This document shows, piece by piece, positions 54,660-64,000 of a DNA stretch of 64,000 nucleotides. Both the position numbers and the translations under genes were made by a program. This stretch comes from the human T2T-CHM13v2.0 reference genome, Homo sapiens. The notes beneath the pieces are model-generated. The model was given only the letters and a program-made list of their open reading frames with translations. It was not told where the DNA came from and searched no databases. The stretch lies in NCBI RefSeq assembly GCF_009914755.1, contig NC_060932.1; one strand, given 5' to 3'. The first letter of the stretch is position 1, and every line of letters starts with the position of its first letter.

Positions 54660-57600
54660 TATAGATAGGTTGAAAGTAAAAATGGAAAAAGTATATAACA
54701 TGCAGACGCTAATTTTGAAAAAGCTGGAGAGGCTGTATTAATATTAGACAAAGTAGACTTCAGAGTTAAAACCTTATGAGGGATAAAGAGGTATGTTACA
54801 TAATGATGAAAGACTCAATTTAAAAAGACTTAATCCTAAGTAGTTATGCAGTTAATAACAATGCTTCAAAACACATGAAGCAAAAACTGATAAAATTAAA
54901 AAGAAATGGACAAATGAAAAAATGTAGCTGGATATTCCAAGACTCCTTTCTCTGTAATTGATATAACTAGGAGACAGAAAACGAAACATTTTCTTAAAAC
55001 CTTTGACAAATGATTTTAAGAATGCTCGGTATATATAGTTTTCTTTTGATATTATGTTTTCAATAAGTAGATTATATATATATTAAATACATGTTAACAC
55101 ACAGTGTGATTTATTTTTAATTTCTCATTTTATTATAAGCCATTATAAGCTCTCTATATTGTAGTATATAACATCAGACTGAATTTCCTGATTTTATAAA
55201 TAAAGCACTTATGTGGTAGTAGCTATTCTTTCAGGAACTAATAATTAGAAAAGTAACATATTTTGAGAATTGCACAATTAGTAACAAAACATTAATTTGC
55301 ATTTTTTAATGTTTGTTTTGTTTTCTTTTTTGGTCTTAAGTGCATCTCACGGTCTCAGCTAAGATACTGTTTTGCAGTGTGGTGGAGTATATAGCCAGAA
55401 AATCTGCCTGCAGCAAAACTTCCAGAAATGCTGGGGAAAATAGAATTTTAAAATGTATTGCTCAGCTCATAAGAAAATAAGGGAAAATCCCAGGATGCTG
55501 AAAATTCAATAGCTGCACTTGAGGTGGGAACAGGGTTAGAAAAGGTCTGTAGGTTGCAGCTGAAATTCAGTAACTACACAGAAGCAAGAGAAGCCTTCAA
55601 GTCTTCACAATACAGTACATTGGCATTGGGCCTCAAAATGCTGCATCCTGGTTGAAATGACAGTGTAGAAACAATTCATTCACCATCATTAGAAGAAGCT
55701 AAAAGAGTTTCTACATTTTTACCTGGAATTTGGTGGGGGAAGATCGCTTCTAAAATTGGTAACCAGATAGATTTGAGGTTTGACTTTCTACTGCCTGTAT
55801 TTTCCAAAAACCACTCAAGTAGATATTAACAAAAGAACAGTTCTATGTTAGTAATACTGGGGCACTTGGTGGAAGCAAACACCAAATCTATTTTTTGGGA
55901 CATATCTTAAATTCAGACCTCTCAGGACATCCACAAATGAATATCTTGAAGGTGTGCTCACAATTCAAAATTGGAAAGCTCAAATGAAAAACAGTGAGCA
56001 GATTAAGTAAGTAGCAAGTTGGTCTCCCAAAAACCTCAGAAAAAGCATGCACAGATAATGTTAACTGGAAAAAAATACTGCCACATTTTGTAGTTAATTT
56101 AATTTAAACATTATTTATTTCTTTGAACTGTGGTCTTTTACTTCATAAAAATCACTGCTATCTGTCATAAAATAATAATGCTTTGAATTTACCAAACAAA
56201 TGTATGGATTTCATGATGATATATTTTCGGGGTTGGGACTAACTCGATAATTCCACATGTAGTTCTCTGTTTTAAAATATTATCAGAAAGCTCTCATTCT
56301 CTCTTCTGATTTTCTTGGTTTTGAGGTGTTCAACATATAAACAATATCACATCTAACTTGAAAATAAAATTATATAAATTTAGAGGTCAGTATTAATCAA
56401 TGTTGAAGCAGGAAATAGACTTTAAATTTTGGTTTATTTTATATAAGGCTTAATTTTTAACACACCATAGTATGTATATTTGTGTGTGTGCATGTGTGTG
56501 TGTATGTGTGTATGTAAAAAATGGCTATTAACAGACTGGATTTTTTAAAAGAGGGTGTCTTGAGAACCAAACAAAGGTAGGCAAAGATTGCCTGATTTTA
56601 CCTGATTTTAATTTTATTCAATAATAAAATTTGAGACTTTTTAGCCTAATAGTCATTTTCTTTTGAAAGCTTGGCTTGTAAGACATTATTTGGCTGAGCT
56701 CATTTAACTTCTGCAGGAATCATGAAATGATTGGTGCAACTTGGTAATGACCTTGCTTACTTTATACTAAGCATTTAATATCACCGGCATGTTAAGGGGA
56801 CTTAGGATTGTTTCATAACTGATTTCTTTTTCCAGTGGTGCTCTAATTGCGATTTGCACTCAGTCTATTGCTCCGGCAACTAATGAGTTCAGTAGTTTCA
56901 AGGACTTCATGCATTATTTGCTGTGGACACAAAGGATCTTGGCAGAAAAGTAAAGAAACACAGAGACGGGTTTTATACAGGGGCATTTCTGGAAACTATA
57001 TTGAAATTCAGGAAAAGGAATCTGACTAAATCCACCACAGTTCTCCTATTCTACTCAAAATTGTGGTTTGGAATAACCCACTGTGTAAGAAAAAGAAAGA
57101 AAGAAAGAAAATGATTCAACAAATATTTCAACCTTAGTACAGATGTAGACTGCAAGTCCCAGGAAACGCTGAAGCTTTGTGGAAGTGATTATAAAATTTC
57201 CTTTCAGGACAAACATTGAGATTATCACATCTGAATTTCAGATTTCTTTTTCACCATTAGAAAACCTGAAGGGCTGTAAAGAAGAGAGTACGTGGCCTAG
57301 GCCTTCAAATTCTCTAATTGAGGTAAAATTCCACTTTTTAAGAGAGATTTAAGTAATTTCATAATAGCATGACTCAGCCATGGTAAATTTTACCATGGTA
57401 TTATTAGTGGGATTGGCCCAGGCTAAATTGTAGGATAAATGATTCATGATTTCTGATGCCTGGAACATTTTATTTCTAGCACCCTGCATGTGGGCCAACC
57501 CTCCTGAAGAGTCCTGTCCGCCAGTGCTTTTTCAACCACCCCAGCCACCAAAGATTAGTGGTTTACATCATAAATGTTTATCAAACGCTTTAAATATTTG

Positions 57601-59697
57601 AGTCTTTGAGTCAAGGGTGCTGAAATTAAAGAGAGGAGAGACAGACAACTGACCAAGAATTCATGATGAAGGGGGACCACTGCTCAGATAGGGAAGGGTG
57701 TGGATGTTCTGAGAACACTTAGAAAAGGTCCAACATGCATCCTGGAGGATCAATAAAGAACTCCTGGGTGGAAAGTGACATTAGGCTGAAACCTGGAGGA
57801 ATAGAATTAGCCAAGTGAAATAAAGATGAAGGGTGTTTCAGACAAATGAATGGCCAAAGGGAAATAAGCTCACATGTCTAGGGAAGAGTAGTTCTTACTC
57901 GGCACTCGTCAAAACACTCGGCACTTCCTTCAGAAATGCTTGGCAGCTGCTGTTTTCAAAAACATTTGCTCCTTAACTATCTGATATTGGCAAACCTGTG
58001 TTGACAGGTGGTTTTGAAGACTGGCACTTTTAAGACTTGTTTAAGAATAAGTTCTTCCCAGAAGGTTGTGACAACATTGCCAGTGTGAAATAATTCTGCA
58101 GGGTGCTTTTTATTAAAGCGGCTGAAATTTAAGTTCCTAATTTTATTCCAGTGACCAATCCTCCACAATTGCATAGACCTTGGAGATAGCATCTTCTTTG
58201 TGACTCATCTCTAGAGTTCATCTGGTCCCTCTATCACCAGACATTTAATAAGTGTATCCTCAGTGCCAGGCACTGTGCCAGACACCAGGGCTAAACAGAT
58301 TGGGTTGGGAAGAGCTCCAGCAATGATGACCACTCAAGGTTTGCCTCTCCTCAAACCAGTTTCATGACAAATGTTCCATTACAGAAAATTCGTTCAAGTA
58401 ATAATTTCTTCATTTTGTTTCTGCCTTATAAAACATTCATTCATTCGTTTACTCATTGATTCAAAAATATCTATTAAATACTTATTATGAAATAGAACAA
58501 TTGCACCTTTTGTGGGGCCTCTTAGGGGAGACTCATGAAAATCAGTGTACAGTGACAAGCAATTAATTATTAATTAATAATTAATATGATAAAGGTTGTC
58601 ATTAAAGCCCCAGAGAAGCCCCATGAGTGCTCAAAGGAAGACATCTCTTACTTCTACCCAGAGAAGTTATGAAGGGCTGTCTGGAGGAGGTGATATTTGT
58701 CTTAAACAAATACTATGGCCTTGCATTTCCCTGAGAATTATAAAAGAAGGGAGAAACTGAAAAAAAAAAAACAGTTTAAATATTGGCTAATAAGAAATGG
58801 CAGAATGAAGGGAATGGGTGGACAAGGAGGAAAGATCATCTTGAGATGGAAACTACACATGCAAAGATATAAAGATGAGAAAGAGAACAAAATAGTATGC
58901 TGTTGGGTACTGAGCACTGGGTGAGTGACTGAGCCTGGGTGGGCAGTGAGATGTGGTGGCAGATGTGATTGGAAAGGTAGGCAGGGTTGGATAGTAAATC
59001 CTCACAGCCATCACAAGTAATAAGTACTTGTATTATCTAAATGTCAACTCCATAATTCCACCTTGAAATCTACTTGGCCTTTCAAGCTACACATAGAAAA
59101 CCAAACTCCAGTCCTGCCCCCGCCAACCTGTGGCTTCTGCTGATTTCTCTGACTCAGTAAATAGATCTTTATAAGTACTGTAGCTGAAGTCAAAGTCAGC
59201 CTCAACTTCTCTCTTTCCTCACATTGCACATTTTACCTATCAGTAAATCCTGCTGATTCTACATAGGAGATACACCCAGAATTCGGCATTTCTCATCACA
59301 TCTTGGCCCAAGCCACTACCATCTCTTGTTTGAATAATGAGTGCAGCCTGTTGAGCTATCTCCTTGTATCTGTCCTTGTTCACCCCCATCCCCTTCTGTC
59401 CCAAAACTGGTGGTCAGAGTGACACTTTTAAACTCTATATCACTCTGTTCAAATCCTTATTACTCAAAGGAAAGCTGACACAGTACAAAGGATGAGAAGC
59501 CCAGAGATTTGTGCCTGCATCAGCTCTTTTAACTTTATATCCTATTACTCTCCCAGTCTTCTCTTTTCTCCCACTGCTCCAGGCTCCTTGCTTTTCCTGG
59601 AACTCAATTATTCTACCTTATCTGGTCCTTCTATTTCCTTGTCATCCCCCCAAGTATCTCCATAGTTCTAGCCCTCACCTCCTTGCAGGCTCTGCTA

Positions 59698-60059
<362 letters not shown>

Positions 60060-61606
60060 AAAACTGCAACTCTCACCTCCACTTCTATTCTCCTTTCTGT
60101 GCTTTACTCTTCTCTGCAGTAATTTATTTATTTAATTTTTAAAAATTGTCTAAATCCTCTTAGTAGAACGTATGCTAATTTAAGGTACAGATTTCTTAAT
60201 TTGTTGCCTTTTGGCGGGGGTCACTGATGTAGTCTTAGTAACTAAAACAGTTCCTGGCACATTCAGAAACATTCGAAAAATATTTGCTAAATGAATAAAT
60301 TGTCCACATTTTACAAATGAGAGTCAGGGGCACAGAGATGTTAAGAAACTTGCACAAGGTCCCACAGCAACTTGCATGTCATGCTGATCTCGGGCTGGCT
60401 ATTTTACAAGTGGTGAACAAAGTTTACAGAACTGAAGGCTTTTATGCCGAACCCTATCATTTTAGAAATATGAGAGCCGGAATCAGAGCGGAGGACTGGC
60501 GAAGGTCAGAGGGTCTCTTTAGGGGCGAAGGGCACTGACTTCTTTCGCTGTAGAAAGTGGTTTCAAGGTGACCCCACGGAGCTGCCTCACATGAGCTAGA
60601 GCTCGTGTCATCTCTGGCTAACAGGTCAGGGGCTCTTCCTGCCTTTTTGTCTTTGCAGGAACTTTGCTTCTGCCTCCTCTTCCTCTGGGTCAAGAGTCCC
60701 CTTTGAAGTCTCAGATAGGGTGAGTATCGAGTGTGAGGGACTTTAGGAGTCCCTATTATGAGACTGACACCCTCTGCTAAAGGAATGCTTTGAAGACTTG
60801 CTTCTAAAAAGGTCCTCTGATGGTTCCATGGGGTTTGCCTTTTAGAGGCTCTCTATTAAGAAAAAAAAAAAACACTTCTATGGTAAAAGTTGCTAATTCT
60901 GCTTTGACCGTTTCTTGATAAATATGTGTGAAATTTTAATCTCATTTAAAAAGGAAAAGGTTGTCCTTATTCAATGGAATTCTATTAAAAAAAGTTGGAG
61001 AGAGAAGGGATTTATCTATTGTCAATTCATCTTTATGTAGAGAGACAAGCTTTGATGTAACTGATAGCTTGGTTACATAATAGCCCAAGAATACAAAAAC
61101 GGCATGTGATGTATTATGCAGCAACTGAGACCAAAAGTTTGCTTCCCTTAGACGAGCATGAAAGTTCAGCCTGAAAGCTTTTGTTGAAAAGGGACTGTCT
61201 TTGTAATAAATCAGGAGAACCTGTAAAAGTTATCTTCAGTAGGCACCTCATACACACTTTGGAAAAAAATTGTTAACTCATTAAGCTTAATGGCCCCAGA
61301 AGCATCCCAGAATGCTACAGGAGCTAAACCTTTAACAAAGAACCTCACTTCTAAGGAGGTAGTATTGAACCTACAAAAGAGAAATTCTTTCAAGTGGAGA
61401 TCAGAAAGCTGAGCTATTATTATGAAAGAGCCAGAAACGAAGTCATTCTTTACTAAGGGCAGTTAACAATTTCAGAGATGGATTCTACAAATTATGTACA
61501 CCAGGGAAAACACTTAATAATGATCATCTGGTAAAGGCCAGCTCCTCAAAAAGGGCCAGGAGAAAAAGCTATTTAAATTGGGAATCCTTGTAAGAGCATA
61601 TCTGAA

Positions 61607-61608
<2 letters not shown>

Positions 61609-61646
<38 letters not shown>
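61609..61646 (+). repeat. (TG)19 microsatellite
   Basis: Direct reading. Confidence 0.97.
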
Positions 61647-61650
<4 letters not shown>

Positions 61651-64000
61651 CTGCACACACAAAATATTCATCCTGAACATGGTATGAGTTGAAAAGTGCT
61701 GAAGACAGTAAAAGTATACTTGGTCATAGGGCCTTCAATCTTCAATTAGTAGTATGCAAATAAAAGACTAAAAAATTCTAGTTTTGTGATCATCAGTTCA
61801 ACCTAGAAAATGTAAAACTAAATGCAAAAGTGAGTCATAATTGCACATAAAGGAACTTAATACTTTCTGAACTCCACATTTAATGCAATAATAAGAATGT
61901 TGAGCTTAGTGTCTGGCTTATAATAAGAGCTCAATTATTATTAGTGATCATAATTATTATCATTCCAGTATAGACTAAGCTTTGTATTATCAGATTTATA
62001 TGCACTATTTTATTTAATTTCATATAAAAAGCTAAAAAGACTGAATTGAAAATTTTTTTCAAGCTAAAGTTAGTAGCAACAAATTAATATCTCAGGAAAC
62101 CTAGATATGAATAAAAAGAAATCCAGTTCCACATTTGCCTACAGATAATGCCTTTCATCTGACAATCTGAGACCATCAAACTGAATTAGGCATCGAGCAA
62201 ACATACAGCATGGCTTACATTGAATCACTTTTCTAATAGTTCAGATGTTTGTCTTCCTAATTTATTATAGCCAGACACTCACTTCCAGTTCTTTTCCCAT
62301 CTTTTCTTCTGGCATTGCAGTGCAAGCTCCCATTAGTCATCCAGAGATATATTACTTGTCTTATTCTTGTCCAAATTATTTGCAAAGATGCTGTAATTTA
62401 GTGTGGGCAACTTAGGTGAGTGCTACAGTTAAAATTATTGCTTGCCTAAGGTTTCATTTTGAAATCCTGATAAGTCATTTTGAATGTAAGCTGTGTTGAG
62501 TACATTTCAATTTATTACTTTTTCTAAGTAAACTAATCTAAATTAAAATCTAGCAGAATCAATACCTCATTTTTATCATAGAGCATTCTGATTCTACCTT
62601 CCAATCATTCATCTATCGTTCACTGTGGCTTGGGAATTGCTAACAACGAGAAGCTATTTTATATCATATTACGGAAATGATACATTTGTAGCCTGTTGTC
62701 TCATATATATGGGCCCAGGTTCTACACTAAAATTGCATCACCCTAACCCCCTCATATTATTTATTCTGCAGAACATTCTTCTAACATCATGAGGATTATC
62801 TAATGTTTATTATGTGTTCACGATATGTGTGATTGCAATCTGAAAACTGTCACTAAAAACTGTCTCATAATTTGTTTGGATTTAGTTTCTTATTACAGTA
62901 TTAGCCATCACCCTAGACAAATGAGTAGATATTTTCAGGTTTTCCAAATGTTATCCAGTGCCCTTCCTCCAAGGTATTCATTTTGGGTATTTCCTTTTGG
63001 TACGTAAAGGTCTAGTGTTGAGTTGGAGATATTGCAAAGATTTTTAATATGCATGCCATTCTTCTAATATATTTTCATTTTTAGTGACCTAGAAAAGAAC
63101 AGAAGCAAAAACCAGTACAAGGAGAATTTATTCTCATGACAAAGTGTTAAGGAAAAAAAGCTCTCAAAGGATTTATTTAGTCAGGTCTCGTCTTTTCCAT
63201 TATTCTTTTATGTCCCACTTGTATTGCATAGTCTATGGCCAATCCATAAAAGAATAATAAAAAGGCCCCATTTTATGCAACCACATACCAGCATGTCTGC
63301 ATAAAACAGGTGATGCCTATATTTTATGTCCAGAATTCCAAATGGCCACTCATATTTCTTTTACCTCTCAGCTTTCAAGGTTGGGTTCATAGTCTTCCAA
63401 GAGTGAAAGATCTTCAGTGCATTTGCTCCATGAGGGCAGGATCTGTGTCTGTCTTATTCACTGATTAATTCCAGAACCTAGGATGGGTCCTAGCTGATAG
63501 AGGGATTTTAATAAATGTTTGTAGTTAATCTTTCTTCTCTAACTAGTTACTATAGTTAACATTTGAGACAGGTACCCTGGGCACTCTCATTGCCTAAAAA
63601 TCTGAGAAAGTGGTTGGCAGTTACCCAGCAGGTTCTGTGCCAAACTTGGGCATACATCATCGGTGGCTTTGCCCTGAAATCTCTAGCAAACAAAAGAGAA
63701 TCTATGGTTCATAATTCAAAAAGGATGAAAAGAAAGTAACTTACTTCAAGATACTTATAATCCAGCTGAAGACAAAACACATTTTTAAAAAAGATAAATG
63801 AGAACACAAGTCCAAATATGGTGAATGCCTAATAAAATGAGGAGAAAGAGGTCCTATTAGGCTCTGATGGGCAGAAGAAGCTTCAGGAAGGTTTTGGATA
63901 AGATCTGAGCCTCTAAGAACAGGTGAAAATCATAAAATTGGGGAGGAAGGATATGGGGTTGAGGAAAGGTGAAAAAGAATGAAAGTTACTTGGGGAAGAA

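Noticed and set aside
57897-57925. Direct repeat ACTCGGCACT x2 with 9-nt spacer
   Set aside because: Only two short copies; not an array and nothing CRISPR-like.
58562-58585. 24-bp perfect AT palindrome
   Set aside because: Low-complexity TTAA/TAA sequence in an L2-like region; too short for a PATRR.

Overview
Primate (almost certainly human, chr8q24.11) genomic DNA. The first ~9 kb holds the 3' end of SLC30A8 (ZnT8, islet zinc transporter) on the + strand: penultimate coding exon 3462-3596, last exon from 4964 (stop at 5107-5109; Arg325 codon CGG at 4972-4974, the rs13266634 position) and a ~4 kb 3'UTR ending near 9140. The remaining ~55 kb is gene-free and repeat-rich: a full-length but disabled L1PA3/4 (23859-30009), truncated L1s, Alus, MaLR LTRs with clean target-site duplications (TSDs), MER DNA transposons including a piggyBac MER85 MITE, L2/MIR relics and microsatellites. 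I found no new protein-coding gene, CRISPR or novel biological system. The best leads are a cluster of RFX X-box, FOXA and MAF motifs around the last SLC30A8 intron, a NAGNAG acceptor 9 nt from the R325W site, a MER85 with its CSB-PGBD3 palindrome, and a full-length L1 with no 3' TSD whose flanks imply a lost segment. Repeat subfamily calls are from memory of consensus sequences, and boundaries of old repeats are approximate.
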